Positions 15,881 to 26,423 are shown, numbered from the stretch's first letter. The stretch: 64,000 nt of DNA from an uncultured virus (IMG/VR IMGVR_UViG_3300047548_000908) (IMGVR_UViG_3300047548_000908:1-64000); one strand, 5' to 3'. Made by a program: numbers and translations. Notes: generated from the sequence alone by a model not told the origin.

Positions 15881-16447
15881 TTAAACTCCATCTACACTAT
15901 CTGAACGAATAGAGATTCCAGTAAAGAGTCCTGTTGCAGTTGTGCTAAAGTCAGTTGGTCTATGTCCATCAAAGAACGGTAGTAGTTTCCATCCGTTTCT
16001 GAAACCTAGAACAAATAGATCACCGAAACGTACTGCAAACGAGAATTCAAACCACCACTTGTCCCCGTCAGTAATTGTACCTAGCCACCAAGCAGGTGCA
16101 TTTCTGAAGACGCCTTGTGTGCCATATGATTTCATGACCATGGTGTCATAGTTAGGACGAGCGGCCCATTTGGATGATAGTCCATATGCACGATTTCTCC
16201 ACAACCAAGAAATCAATGCTCTGCGTTTTCCTTTCTCATCGTAGATTTTCTGTATAGCAGGTTCATAAGTTCCTGCTCCCCAACCTAGTGCATCAGGTGT
16301 TTCAAACCATCTGAGAAACTTAGGTAGTCTACCTTCTTCGTCAGCTAGCATTACAGCGACGGGAACAATCGGTAATGCTAATATATTAAACAGCCATTCA
16401 ACTAACGTAAATAGAAAGAACTTAAAAATGATGAATAACTTATTCAT
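15881..16447 (-). CDS. Phage membrane-associated hypothetical protein
   Basis: LPKFLRWFETPD, WLWRNRAYG, GWKL motifs; SD GGAG. Confidence 0.6.
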   Translation of the reverse strand: MNKLFIIFKFFLFTLVEWLFNILALPIVPVAVMLADEEGRLPKFLRWFETPDALGWGAGTYEPAIQKIYDEKGKRRALISWLWRNRAYGLSSKWAARPNYDTMVMKSYGTQGVFRNAPAWWLGTITDGDKWWFEFSFAVRFGDLFVLGFRNGWKLLPFFDGHRPTDFSTTATGLFTGISIRSDSVDGV

Positions 16448-16474
16448 GGCTTTACTCCCCAAAGATATATTTAT

Positions 16475-16816
16475 ATGAAAGAGTTTCAAATACAAGAATC
16501 ATCTATGTGTTCAGTTACAGTTAGAACTGAGTATGCTCCAAAGATTGAAACACCGAAACAGTTGTTCGAGGTACTAAAGGGAGAAAACACTTGGGTTTCG
16601 ATTTCATCGGAAGATCATCCCGAGTTTGCAGAATTAAGAGAAACATTGGGTAGATTAGGGATTATTAAGATTGAAACAAGGTGGTGGAATGGAGATCGTG
16701 TACTACAGCCATTCAAGCTCAATGGAATGATATTTAAAAAAGATGAGACATTCCCTTGTGCAGCAGCAATTCAGTTTAATTTGGAATCAAAAAGAAGATG
16801 GAACACAAACAAGTAA
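16475..16816 (+). CDS. Hypothetical protein
   Basis: ORF track. Confidence 0.6.
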   Translation: MKEFQIQESSMCSVTVRTEYAPKIETPKQLFEVLKGENTWVSISSEDHPEFAELRETLGRLGIIKIETRWWNGDRVLQPFKLNGMIFKKDETFPCAAAIQFNLESKRRWNTNK

Positions 16817-17181
16817 TCGTGATGAGAAAAGACCTAAACATGCGAAAAGGGAAGCTTGTCGCACAAGGAGCTCATGCAAGTATGGGTGCAATTTTAGGTC
16901 AAATGAAAAGAGAGGGTAACGTAATGACGTTGGACCTTTCTGATGAACGGCTAGCACCTTGGATAACAGGTGTGTTTAAAAAGATTTGCGTATATGTCAA
17001 CTCTGAACAAGAACTTTTGAGTATCTACAATCAAGCAAAGGATGCAGGTCTAATCTGTTCTCTAATCGAAGACAATGGATTAACGGAGTTTAATGGAGTA
17101 AAAACATTAACTGCGGTTGCAGTAGGGCCTGACACCCAAGATAAGATTGATGCGATAACAAAACAATTGCCATTGTATTGA
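16798..17181 (+). CDS. pth2: Peptidyl-tRNA hydrolase, PTH2 type
   Basis: KQVIVMRKDLNMRKGKLVAQGAHA, DNGLTE, TAVAVGP. Confidence 0.92.
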   Translation: MEHKQVIVMRKDLNMRKGKLVAQGAHASMGAILGQMKREGNVMTLDLSDERLAPWITGVFKKICVYVNSEQELLSIYNQAKDAGLICSLIEDNGLTEFNGVKTLTAVAVGPDTQDKIDAITKQLPLY

Positions 17182-17186
17182 AACAA

Positions 17187-17274
17187 GGAAGGTTAAACAG
17201 GATGGTCCTGTCACTGTCTCGAAAACAGATGGTCTTCGAAAGAGGATAGAGTTCGATTCTCTAGCCTTCCGCCA
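17187..17274 (+). tRNA. tRNA-Ser(CGA)
   Basis: Long variable arm, loop CTCGAAA, GCCA. Confidence 0.85.
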
Positions 17275-17289
17275 GATAAATATATAACT

Positions 17290-17649
17290 ATGAAAAAACA
17301 AAATTACATTTATAATGCTATGGTAACTAACGTAGTAGATGGTGATACGATTGATGTTTTGGTTGATTTAGGATTTGGTATTTGTGTAGACCTAAGAGTT
17401 AGACTGAATGGCATTGATACTCCTGAGATTAACTCTTCAGATGAGGTTATAAAAAATAGTGCAAAGCTTGCAAAGAAATTCGTACTAGATCAATTGATGA
17501 AACAGCCAGTCGTTATTGAAACGTTTAAGGTTGATAAGTATGGACGTTATCTTGCTGATGTTTACCTGTTAAATGATTCAACTTCAATTAACACTCGACT
17601 ATTAAATGAGGGGCTGGCTACTCCCTACTTTGGTGGCAAACATAATTAA
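17290..17649 (+). CDS. Thermonuclease (SNase-like)
   Basis: VVDGDTID, RLNGIDTPE, DKYGRYLA. Confidence 0.9.
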   Translation: MKKQNYIYNAMVTNVVDGDTIDVLVDLGFGICVDLRVRLNGIDTPEINSSDEVIKNSAKLAKKFVLDQLMKQPVVIETFKVDKYGRYLADVYLLNDSTSINTRLLNEGLATPYFGGKHN

Positions 17650-17659
17650 CTCACCCAAT

Positions 17660-17690
17660 GACCACTGAGCATTAACTGCTCAGTGGTCTT
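17660..17690 (+). terminator. Hairpin, probable terminator
   Basis: GACCACTGAGCA/TGCTCAGTGGTC 12-bp stem. Confidence 0.55.
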
Positions 17691-17744
17691 GCCATTTCTG
17701 CTAAATACTTGTATGGTTAAACTTTAAACTAATGGGAAATCTCG

Positions 17745-19001
17745 ATGAAAATCTTTGAAATTGTTGAACCAAAAAAGATCCCACCGATTCCTTTGCCTAC
17801 GCCAATAGAAAAGACTTCATCTTTGATTTCCAATCTGCAATCTGAAGTAAAGGATATAAATGAAAAGATATTCTACATCAATGACGCATACAAGAATTTA
17901 ACATCTGATGATTCGGAAGGTTCATGGGATGCGGAAATGACAAAGTTTATAGCTGACATAGATGCACAAAAACGCCAGCTTGCGGATAAACGAGATCAAT
18001 TAGAAGAAGAATTATTTGCTTTGGAGGAGAAAAATTTCCAAGATATAGTAGACTATTACAGTAACCTAGTTGAAACTGAGTGTTCTGAATTTTTACAGAT
18101 ATCCAAATTTACAAGGGGCGAGCTATTATACAGGGGAGTAGGTGGTAGTACCACCGCTAAACAATCATTATTTCCTTCGGCATTTCCAGGTGTTCCGAAT
18201 AGTAACAGGTCACCAACCGATTCAAGTACGTTGATGCAGTTTACAGTTGACTCTGTTTTGAAAAAATCTGGATTCGAAGCACTTAGAAGCAATAGTATTT
18301 TTACAACCAGTAACTATGATATGGCACGAGAATACGGGAAAGTTTATGTTGTCTTCCCCAAAGATGGATTTGACTTTACTTGGAGTTCAAGATATCGAGA
18401 CTTTTATGAGGATTTTATACTTGGTCTATTTGGCGAGCCGCTTCAATTTTTAGATAAGGTCGACGGCCTTGATCTTCCGACTACAAGAGTAAAAGTGATG
18501 AGTTTGAAAAAAGAATTGATGTTATTGATGCAACAACTTGCAGAAGTAGTAAAGAATGAACCAAGTGAAGAATTAACAAGGTACTATACAAACCTAGAAT
18601 TTTATTTGAAGCAATTTTTACCTGATCTTGAAAAGCAAGAAGAAGATCGACTTTCCTTATTTACAAACAGAATGGAGACTCTTCTTACTGATGTGAGTTT
18701 TTTTGTCAGGAATGTAAACGTCACCTCTTTTATTGATAAGATTAGAAGTTTACTGTGGAACTTAACTCAGGTAACTGAAAAGGATATTAAAGATGTAATA
18801 GAAAAACTGACACCTATCCAAGCAAGAGAGATTGCATCTGCACATGGATTTACCAACAGTAACATAAATTGGGCGTTAGATTCAAAGCATGAACTTCTTA
18901 TCAAAGGTGCGTATTATGCGTTTGAGTTCAAGTCTCCTCACACCAATGCACTATGTAAAGAGTTAATTGGAAAGGACTTATCAAAGGTAAAAGACCAATG
19001 A
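17745..19001 (+). CDS. Paralog family member 2 (ART-like, with coiled-coil N-terminal extension)
   Basis: LYRG, GFEALRSNSIFTTS, FP.DGFDFTWS, HELLIKG. Confidence 0.55.
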   Translation: MKIFEIVEPKKIPPIPLPTPIEKTSSLISNLQSEVKDINEKIFYINDAYKNLTSDDSEGSWDAEMTKFIADIDAQKRQLADKRDQLEEELFALEEKNFQDIVDYYSNLVETECSEFLQISKFTRGELLYRGVGGSTTAKQSLFPSAFPGVPNSNRSPTDSSTLMQFTVDSVLKKSGFEALRSNSIFTTSNYDMAREYGKVYVVFPKDGFDFTWSSRYRDFYEDFILGLFGEPLQFLDKVDGLDLPTTRVKVMSLKKELMLLMQQLAEVVKNEPSEELTRYYTNLEFYLKQFLPDLEKQEEDRLSLFTNRMETLLTDVSFFVRNVNVTSFIDKIRSLLWNLTQVTEKDIKDVIEKLTPIQAREIASAHGFTNSNINWALDSKHELLIKGAYYAFEFKSPHTNALCKELIGKDLSKVKDQ

Positions 19002-19915
19002 GAATACATGAAATTATGTTAGAAGATGCAGGTAAAGAAGAATACTTGGACTTGATTGAAGCAGAATGTAGCAATGCAATTGAAGCATTTAAACAAGCAA
19101 ATGGCTTTTTGCTCAGGGGATTAATGCTTGAAAAAGGAAAATATGTACCAGGAAAATTGTATAGCACTGGTCCTCGTAGCCCAAAGGACACTGATATTTT
19201 AATGCAAAACATGGTAGACGATGTTTTGAAGCTTGCAGGATTCAAAGCTTTGCGAGGAAATTCAATATTTTGTTCTGGTGATTATGAACAAGCCGAAGGG
19301 TATGGCCCACCAGTGTATGTAATATTTCCTAAGGATGGATTTCAAATTACATGGAGTACACGTTATAAAGATTTTTTTGTAGACTTCTCTTCAATTCGCA
19401 AAGATCCAACCTCCTTTTTGGTTAACCCTTCAACTGATTTATTCATTGGGCAAAGTGTACACACTAATAAAGCTACTTATTCTCATTTGGCAAACCTTAA
19501 AAATGCGCTTTCAGCTAAAGACAATTTAGAAGGTTTCATAGATGCAATCATTTTTAGGATAGACCTTTTAACCGAGGCCATGAGTTTAAATGACAAAATG
19601 AATGCAGAAACAGCATTGAAATCACTGTTAAAACTACATCAGGAGTATGTACAAAAAACTTCAGATGATAGTCCATTTACCTCTAGTGCTGTTTACACTA
19701 GGCTGTTTAAGGAAATCCAAGATTGGATAGATTCTCCTCCACCGGAATTAAATGCAAGAACAGTTAGAAAGACAATCCTAAAACATGGATTTCAAAAAGA
19801 CAATCTAGCGGAAGCTATAAGGGCTGGAAATGAAATATACTTACATGGTCAGTACTACGCATTTGACATGGCCACATACGGGGAAACGCTTGAACGTTTA
19901 ATACAAGAATGGTAA
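18998..19915 (+). CDS. Paralog family member 3
   Basis: LLRG, GNSIFCSG, NEIYLHG. Confidence 0.55.
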   Translation: MRIHEIMLEDAGKEEYLDLIEAECSNAIEAFKQANGFLLRGLMLEKGKYVPGKLYSTGPRSPKDTDILMQNMVDDVLKLAGFKALRGNSIFCSGDYEQAEGYGPPVYVIFPKDGFQITWSTRYKDFFVDFSSIRKDPTSFLVNPSTDLFIGQSVHTNKATYSHLANLKNALSAKDNLEGFIDAIIFRIDLLTEAMSLNDKMNAETALKSLLKLHQEYVQKTSDDSPFTSSAVYTRLFKEIQDWIDSPPPELNARTVRKTILKHGFQKDNLAEAIRAGNEIYLHGQYYAFDMATYGETLERLIQEW

Positions 19916-20811
19916 AAGCATACGAAATATTAAGAGAAGACGATACCAAAAGAGAAAACCTGCAAAAGATTTTGTCTGAATGCGGAAATGCTATAGACGA
20001 AATGCGTAACGCAGGTGGGAAGTTTCTTTATAGAGGATTTAAAGGAACATACTTGCCTGGAGTAGTTTATAACACAGAAGTAAGAGGTCCAAAAGATACT
20101 TCAGTTGATGTTCAGAACATAGTTGATAGTGTGTTATCACTAGCAGGATTTACCGCTCTACGAGGCAACTCTGTATTTTGCACCAGCAATAAAGGTCTAG
20201 CAAATGAGTATGGTCCGCTATATTTAATATTTCCTAAGGATGGATTTAAGATAACTTGGAGTAAAAAGTATGAGGATTTTTATTTGAGTTATGCATTGAA
20301 TTTAAAAGACCCGAACTCATTTTTAGAAGATCCTGTTGCAACAGAACATGACATAAGAAAGGATACCAGGCTTTTTAACGAACTGGAAAAATTATCTTCA
20401 ATCGAAAGTTTTTTTGGATACCATCCGTTGTTAGTCAAAATACAAAACTATAGTTTTTCACTACCCACAGCCATTACCAAAAATGATAAAGCAAAAGCCA
20501 GCGATCTTTTATTCAAAATAATACAAACTTACAAAGAATATGTAAGAACAGCTCCAGCGAAAAAGTTTACAATATCTAAAGAATTGGCTAAAGCTATGCA
20601 GAAAATACATAGGTGGGTTAAAGTTCCTCCTCCGAGTCTAAATCTAGAAACAGCAGTTGCTACAGCGAACGCTCACGGATTCGTAAAAGGAAATTTAGCT
20701 GGTGCTTTAGCATCAAGGAATGAAATATACTTGAATGGATCATTTTATGCTTTTGGGTATGATTCTCCTTATCATAGTTTTTTTAGAAAAAATCTTTTTG
20801 GAATGTATTAA
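19909..20811 (+). CDS. Paralog family member 4
   Basis: LYRG, GNSVFCTS, NEIYLNG. Confidence 0.55.
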   Translation: MVKAYEILREDDTKRENLQKILSECGNAIDEMRNAGGKFLYRGFKGTYLPGVVYNTEVRGPKDTSVDVQNIVDSVLSLAGFTALRGNSVFCTSNKGLANEYGPLYLIFPKDGFKITWSKKYEDFYLSYALNLKDPNSFLEDPVATEHDIRKDTRLFNELEKLSSIESFFGYHPLLVKIQNYSFSLPTAITKNDKAKASDLLFKIIQTYKEYVRTAPAKKFTISKELAKAMQKIHRWVKVPPPSLNLETAVATANAHGFVKGNLAGALASRNEIYLNGSFYAFGYDSPYHSFFRKNLFGMY

Positions 20812-20858
20812 CCGATTGCGCCGATGCTATTGAAAACAAAATTGGAATTTATTTAGAA

Positions 20859-21770
20859 ATGAAGTCACATGAGATATTAAGAGAAGATGATACCCAAGAA
20901 GAAAATCCGCAACTGATGTTTACTCAGTGCAGTGATGCCATCAATGAGATGCAAGTAGCGGGTACTTTTCTTTTTAGAGGAGTAACTAGACCTTACCGCT
21001 CAGGAAGAATTTACTCGTCTGGTATACGAGCAGAAACAAAAGATACACCTGCTTCAATACAAAGAATGGTTGATCAAGTTTTGGATATGGCTGGGTTTGA
21101 AGCAAAAAGAAGTGATTCAGTTTATTGCTCAGGAGACTTCGAACAGGCTGAAGAGTACGGCGAAGTGTTTATGATTTTTCCGTTAAACGGGTATCAGATA
21201 ACTTGGAGTAGAAAGTTTAAGGATTTCTATTCAGATTTTGCAATGCATGTTAATGACCCAAATGCATTCCTAGTGCAGCCTAATGAATCGTATAAAATTC
21301 AAAACGATTACTTTCTTGTGTATTTGTTTAGAAGAATGCAAAATATACGAAAATCCTTAGGAGTATCTAATTTGTCACCTGATGATGAACGTCTTCTTTC
21401 CACTATTGAGATGTATGCCGGATCTATCCCCGAGTCTATTGCTAAAAATGACAAGATCAAGACGAAGGAAAACCTGGCTGAGATTTACTATGCTTATCGA
21501 CGATACCTGAGAATTTCTCCTGACAGGCGTTTTGTAATGACCAAAGAAATGTTGAAAGCATTACAAACTGCTTATAGATGGGCTAACAGTCCTTCTCCTG
21601 AGTTAAACTTTGAAACCGCTATTGCAACGGTTAAGGGGCATATGTTTACTGAAGGTGACTTAGCATCAGCGTTAGATTCAGGACATGAAATATATCTAAA
21701 GGGTAAGTTTTACGCATTTGACATGGACACATATGGGGAAACGTTTAAGCGTTTAATACAAGAATGGTAA
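20859..21770 (+). CDS. Paralog family member 5
   Basis: LFRG, SDSVYCSG, HEIYLKG. Confidence 0.55.
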   Translation: MKSHEILREDDTQEENPQLMFTQCSDAINEMQVAGTFLFRGVTRPYRSGRIYSSGIRAETKDTPASIQRMVDQVLDMAGFEAKRSDSVYCSGDFEQAEEYGEVFMIFPLNGYQITWSRKFKDFYSDFAMHVNDPNAFLVQPNESYKIQNDYFLVYLFRRMQNIRKSLGVSNLSPDDERLLSTIEMYAGSIPESIAKNDKIKTKENLAEIYYAYRRYLRISPDRRFVMTKEMLKALQTAYRWANSPSPELNFETAIATVKGHMFTEGDLASALDSGHEIYLKGKFYAFDMDTYGETFKRLIQEW

Positions 21771-22753
21771 AAGCATACGAAATCATAAAAGAAGAAAAGT
21801 CTCCAGAAGAGTATTGGGAAATCCTTAACAGAGATTGCAAGGAAATCTTAGATGCAATACATACCACCGGTGGGAGATTTTTATATAGAGGAACTAAGTA
21901 CGCATATGAAACTGGTGAAGTTTACCATCCAGGTGGAAGATTTGAACCTAATGACGAAGATCCATTGTTTGATCTAGATAAGCACAAGGCAGAACTTCAG
22001 AAGTTTAAACGAACCCCTAAGGATACTGCTTTTCAAATGCATGAAACTGTTAACAAGGTTCTTGAACTTGCGGGTTTCGATGCTACGAGAGAGAACTCTA
22101 TTTTCTGTACGTCAGATCCTGATCAAGCAAGAGAATACGGCCACCTTTTCTTTATTTTTCCTATTGACGGGTTTAAGTTTACTTGGAGTGGGGAATATAA
22201 AGATTTTTACGAAGAATTTGCATTTTTATATTCAGAACCAGATTCTTTCCTAGTAAACCCTTATGAAGATAGGTATAAAGAAGTACCTACAAATGGTAAA
22301 ATTTTAACTCAGTTTATGAGGCACAGAGAGCATTTACTTAGATTAGAAGACCAGATTGATGATGTAGGGGAATACAACGCAACTCATGATGTTTACCGTG
22401 AGTTGCAGGAATTGCATACTGCACTGGGAAAAAAGAACAAGCGCCTTGTTGAAGAAAACTTAGGCAGATTATTTACAGCATACAAACGATACTTATCAAA
22501 GTATACAAGATATAGATTTACTCCTGAATTGGTTCAGGCTTTGAACGACGTAAAACGATGGTCAAAATCTCCTTCCCTTTCTTTGGATGTTGATACTGCA
22601 ATCGCAACTGTAAAGGCCCATAAATTTAAAAATACCAATCTTGCTTCTGCCTTAACGAGTGAGAATGAAATTTATATTAAGGGGTTGTTTTATGCCTTCC
22701 CTAGGAATCAATACATTGAATTTTTTATGAGACGAATAAATGAAACCAGATGA
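21764..22753 (+). CDS. Paralog family member 6
   Basis: LYRG, ENSIFCTS, NEIYIKG. Confidence 0.55.
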   Translation: MVKAYEIIKEEKSPEEYWEILNRDCKEILDAIHTTGGRFLYRGTKYAYETGEVYHPGGRFEPNDEDPLFDLDKHKAELQKFKRTPKDTAFQMHETVNKVLELAGFDATRENSIFCTSDPDQAREYGHLFFIFPIDGFKFTWSGEYKDFYEEFAFLYSEPDSFLVNPYEDRYKEVPTNGKILTQFMRHREHLLRLEDQIDDVGEYNATHDVYRELQELHTALGKKNKRLVEENLGRLFTAYKRYLSKYTRYRFTPELVQALNDVKRWSKSPSLSLDVDTAIATVKAHKFKNTNLASALTSENEIYIKGLFYAFPRNQYIEFFMRRINETR

Positions 22754-23783
22754 ATTCTTACCCAAAAATGAGCTAGAACCAGGTATGATCATAAAACTTG
22801 AACCGGAAGTTTTTCCTCTCCATCCTTTGCTTGAAAAAAAATCAGCAGCGTTAGGAAATGACTTTGATGCGATCAACTACCTGAACATGATTCTGCGTGA
22901 TTGCAATCAAGTTCTGCCTTTTATAAACAAAGCAGGTCACTTTTTGTGTCATGGTAATAAAAAATTCAAAAGCGATGCAGGAGTTGGGTTACCGTTCAAC
23001 AATCGAAAGCCCAAAGATTCGACTAGAAAACAACAAAACGTAGTGGATAACATGCTACAAAAGGCAGGGTTTACTGCTTTGCGTGGTAATTCTATTTTTA
23101 CTGCAAACAAATTAATGGCATCTGATTACGGTGTCTTGTATATGATTTTTCCCTTCGATGGATTTCAGTATACATGGAGTACACGTTATGGAGACCTTTA
23201 CGCAGACTACACTGAAAACGTAGGGTTTGACGAGTTAGACTTCACTACCGTAACAGGAAGCGCAAGTTCTATCTTAAATAAAGCAGCGAACGCACTTATG
23301 CCAATCAAAAGTGAATTAGGACATATAAGGATTACTGATAAGTACAATCACGAGCAATTCAAAAAACATGAAAGTGAATTTAGAATGTTGTATAAAATGG
23401 AAGATCAAGCTCGGAAGCTCGATCTTACATTGATATATAAACCTACAAAGGCAGCTGTAAAGAGTGCGCTTGTTCCCTTCATCATGACTTATAAAGAATA
23501 CACAGAAAAATTTTCAGATGGGCTTATTCGTTTTAGTATTTCACCAAGTAGACTAGAGGATTTTAGAGCTGTTTGGGAATGGATGTCTGCATCTAAGCGT
23601 TCAGAATTGAGCAAAGAAGAGGCGCAGTTAATTGCGGAAAAACATGGATTCACCAATACGGATCTTGATAAAGCGATAGAAAAAAATCGTGAAATTTATC
23701 TGCGTGGTAAATTCTACGTTTTTAACTACGAAAGATTTGTTAAGCCCTTTAGAAAGGTCCTGATTGCGGCTCGCCAAACCTAG
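22740..23783 (+). CDS. Paralog family member 7
   Basis: LCHG, GNSIFTA, REIYLRG. Confidence 0.55.
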   Translation: MKPDEFLPKNELEPGMIIKLEPEVFPLHPLLEKKSAALGNDFDAINYLNMILRDCNQVLPFINKAGHFLCHGNKKFKSDAGVGLPFNNRKPKDSTRKQQNVVDNMLQKAGFTALRGNSIFTANKLMASDYGVLYMIFPFDGFQYTWSTRYGDLYADYTENVGFDELDFTTVTGSASSILNKAANALMPIKSELGHIRITDKYNHEQFKKHESEFRMLYKMEDQARKLDLTLIYKPTKAAVKSALVPFIMTYKEYTEKFSDGLIRFSISPSRLEDFRAVWEWMSASKRSELSKEEAQLIAEKHGFTNTDLDKAIEKNREIYLRGKFYVFNYERFVKPFRKVLIAARQT

Positions 23784-24462
23784 TAAAATCAGTCTGTGAA
23801 CTAATACCTAACTTCTTTCGACCTCGTTTGTTATACAATGGTTGATTCAAGAATACGTCAATTAGTTCTTTGGCTTCTTCATTTTTTCTAGAGAAAGGGT
23901 CAACCCATTCTGTATTCAGCGCCATTGCGAATCCTGAAAACTCGTTCCAAAAAACACTGTCGTATTTATTTCTGACTTTACTTAAGGTATCGTAAACATC
24001 TTCGATATAGTCAACGTCTGTCTTTCTTCCTTGATCCTTTGGATCAGTTGAGTGTTTTTCTCTGTATTGTGCGCGATCAATAGCAGTCTGTAGTTCAGTT
24101 AGCACATAAAGACCAAACACATCATAACCCATTGCTTGTAGGAATCTAGCATTGTATACTGTGAGTGGCAGGTCCTTACCTGTAGTAACAACTGCAAGCG
24201 GTAACCCTTGTGTTGCCCAATGCCTTCTTATTCTTCTATTCAATAAGGACCACCCTCTCTTAGTGTTTTGCTCATTGTAATCTCTTATCTTTAGAGTAGA
24301 CATTACTTTGTCTAAGTCAGCTATAACAAACTCCTTAGGGAGCCCCAAATAATCTTCTGCAAAGGTTGACTTTCCTGATCCAGGGCTGCCCATGATAAAA
24401 ATGCACTTAAACATGAGTCTTGGATCAATATCTCTTCTTCTGATTACTTCATCTATTCGCAT
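23749..24462 (-). CDS. P-loop kinase, zeta-toxin/AAA_33-like
   Basis: GSPGSGKST Walker A; GYDVFGLYV...AIDRAQYR. Confidence 0.7.
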   Translation of the reverse strand: MRIDEVIRRRDIDPRLMFKCIFIMGSPGSGKSTFAEDYLGLPKEFVIADLDKVMSTLKIRDYNEQNTKRGWSLLNRRIRRHWATQGLPLAVVTTGKDLPLTVYNARFLQAMGYDVFGLYVLTELQTAIDRAQYREKHSTDPKDQGRKTDVDYIEDVYDTLSKVRNKYDSVFWNEFSGFAMALNTEWVDPFSRKNEEAKELIDVFLNQPLYNKRGRKKLGISSQTDFTRFGEPQSGPF

Positions 24463-24742
24463 ACTTTAACCTTTAAAGTATTTATTCAAATTGGTTGACA
24501 AAAACCTCAAAATGTTGTACTATAAACACAACATAAACGTTTGGTAGTAAAAATCATGATTCTCTTTGGTCTTCAGCTTGTTTTTGCAATTTGGCTTGCA
24601 AGCGTGATTAGTGATAGTTTCATCGGGAAAACTATCCTGATCGCTCTTTGGTTGGGTTTTTGGTTCGTCTTTTTTGGTTTGTGATGGCTTGACAAATAAT
24701 CAATTCGGATGTATAATCTCTCTATACACTGAGAGAGTGAAC

Positions 24743-24991
24743 ATGACTAAGACTGAACAAGCCCTGATCGATATTGCTCGCAAGAATGGTGGTAGGTGCG
24801 GCATCACTACTACTTATGGTCGCGGGGCGTATGGAGGCAAAGTTCAAGCTGGTCTGCGTGAAAGAAACGCAATGCTCAAGCTGGAAGCTAAGGGCCTGAT
24901 CAAAATCGTGGATCGTCAACCTTGGCAAGATTACAATCGCGGATATTGCCAAGGTGGCACTTCGTTCGTGTTTGTTTTGCTTGACAAATAA
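24743..24991 (+). CDS. Early hypothetical protein
   Basis: ATG directly after a promoter module. Confidence 0.65.
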   Translation: MTKTEQALIDIARKNGGRCGITTTYGRGAYGGKVQAGLRERNAMLKLEAKGLIKIVDRQPWQDYNRGYCQGGTSFVFVLLDK

Positions 24992-25004
24992 GGAGACACA
25001 TAGA

Positions 25005-25202
25005 ATGATTCGTGGCAAGTACGACAGTCTGTGGAAATATGGTTGGGATCTCAAGACCAATCGTATCAGCAAGATCAAAGTCCCTGGTCACTTCATGACT
25101 GCTATGGACTACGCTCGGCGCACCAAAGGCGGGATCCGTATGATCGAACATGCTCGCCGTCAGCCCTGGGAAACTTGGACAGGTCGCTACCTCTACGGTT
25201 GA
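25005..25202 (+). CDS. Early hypothetical protein
   Basis: SD AAGGAG, MIRGKYDSLWKYG. Confidence 0.6.
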   Translation: MIRGKYDSLWKYGWDLKTNRISKIKVPGHFMTAMDYARRTKGGIRMIEHARRQPWETWTGRYLYG

Positions 25203-25259
25203 CAAATAATAGATTTGGGCGTATAATTACTTTATACACTGAACGAACAGGAACACAAG

Positions 25260-25472
25260 ATGGCAAAGCAAAAACTCAAGTACGATGAAATCAACGCTCA
25301 ACTCAACGAGTTTGTCAACGCCAACTACGCCAAATATGAAAGTCACGCTTACGCTGCGGGTTACCTGCAAAGTCAGCTGGCTTTGGTGATGCTGGATCTG
25401 CCCCTCATCAAGCAAAAGGAGATCATGGATGTTCTCCGTCGTGCGACCCCTGTCGTGCAAAATAATGCTTGA
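25260..25472 (+). CDS. Early hypothetical protein
   Basis: ATG after a promoter module. Confidence 0.7.
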   Translation: MAKQKLKYDEINAQLNEFVNANYAKYESHAYAAGYLQSQLALVMLDLPLIKQKEIMDVLRRATPVVQNNA

Positions 25473-25529
25473 CAAATAATTAATTTGGGCGTATAATTAC
25501 TTTATACACTGAGAAAACGGAGAAAGTAA

Positions 25530-25778
25530 ATGCTGACTGTCAAACAAGTTCGTGAGATCATGCGTAAATACGGCCGCGGCAATAACGCTCATTTGAATGG
25601 TATTTATGTCAACAAGACCGTCAAGGAGGAAATTCGCACGGTCAAGTGCTATTACATCAAAGGTGATCAATCGAGCAAGGCGATCTTGCAGGAGCTCAAG
25701 GATCTGGGTGCTGAGGTTCGACTGCTGGAACGTGAAGATTGTGTCGGCACGATTAGTGTTAGGGCAGTTATTCGTTAA
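25530..25778 (+). CDS. Early hypothetical protein
   Basis: ATG after a promoter module. Confidence 0.7.
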   Translation: MLTVKQVREIMRKYGRGNNAHLNGIYVNKTVKEEIRTVKCYYIKGDQSSKAILQELKDLGAEVRLLEREDCVGTISVRAVIR

Positions 25779-25848
25779 ACAAAAAGGTTGACAAAAAATC
25801 AATTTGGACGTATAATTACTCTATACACTGAACGAACAGGAACACAAA

Positions 25849-26010
25849 ATGTACACTCACAAAATCTCGTATCGCAAGTTCAATAACTACCTCGGTTGGG
25901 AAGTTGAAGTGTCGTTCAATACGACCGCTGACATGGTTGAAGCGCACAAGATCGGCGCTACCAAAGTCAAGGGGTTTGTCAAAGGCAGTCTCATTGTCGA
26001 AGTTCTTTAA
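25849..26010 (+). CDS. Early hypothetical protein (53 aa)
   Basis: ATG after a promoter module; below the track cutoff. Confidence 0.6.
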   Translation: MYTHKISYRKFNNYLGWEVEVSFNTTADMVEAHKIGATKVKGFVKGSLIVEVL

Positions 26011-26019
26011 GGAAAAACA

Positions 26020-26412
26020 ATGGCCTACTTTCGTCGTTCTGCTACTGATCGCAAAGCTGAAGCTGCCCGCGCCCGTCAAATGACTGAGGAAATGGCTGCT
26101 GCTATGCGTACCAATAACCCTGCTATCGTTCGTGCTCAAGCCAAACGTGAGCAGGAGATCCCCTCTGTCTCGCTGGAAGACTGCCAGTACGACAAGGTTC
26201 GTAAGGTGCTGAAGCTCACCTCTAACAAGATCGGAATGCCCGGCACCTTCTTTGTTGAAAGCCATCGCACCGGTAAGGTTGTTCGTTTTACTTCGGTCCT
26301 GCCCTGTGATATTCTTTACGATGAAGATGGTTGGGACGGCGAGATGCAAGTTTATCGACCCCTCGGCAATGTGCCTGGTGTCGACCACATGATAATTTAC
26401 AATGCTTGGTAA
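26020..26412 (+). CDS. Early hypothetical protein
   Basis: SD AAGGA. Confidence 0.7.
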   Translation: MAYFRRSATDRKAEAARARQMTEEMAAAMRTNNPAIVRAQAKREQEIPSVSLEDCQYDKVRKVLKLTSNKIGMPGTFFVESHRTGKVVRFTSVLPCDILYDEDGWDGEMQVYRPLGNVPGVDHMIIYNAW

Positions 26413-26423
26413 AAGGATTTAAT

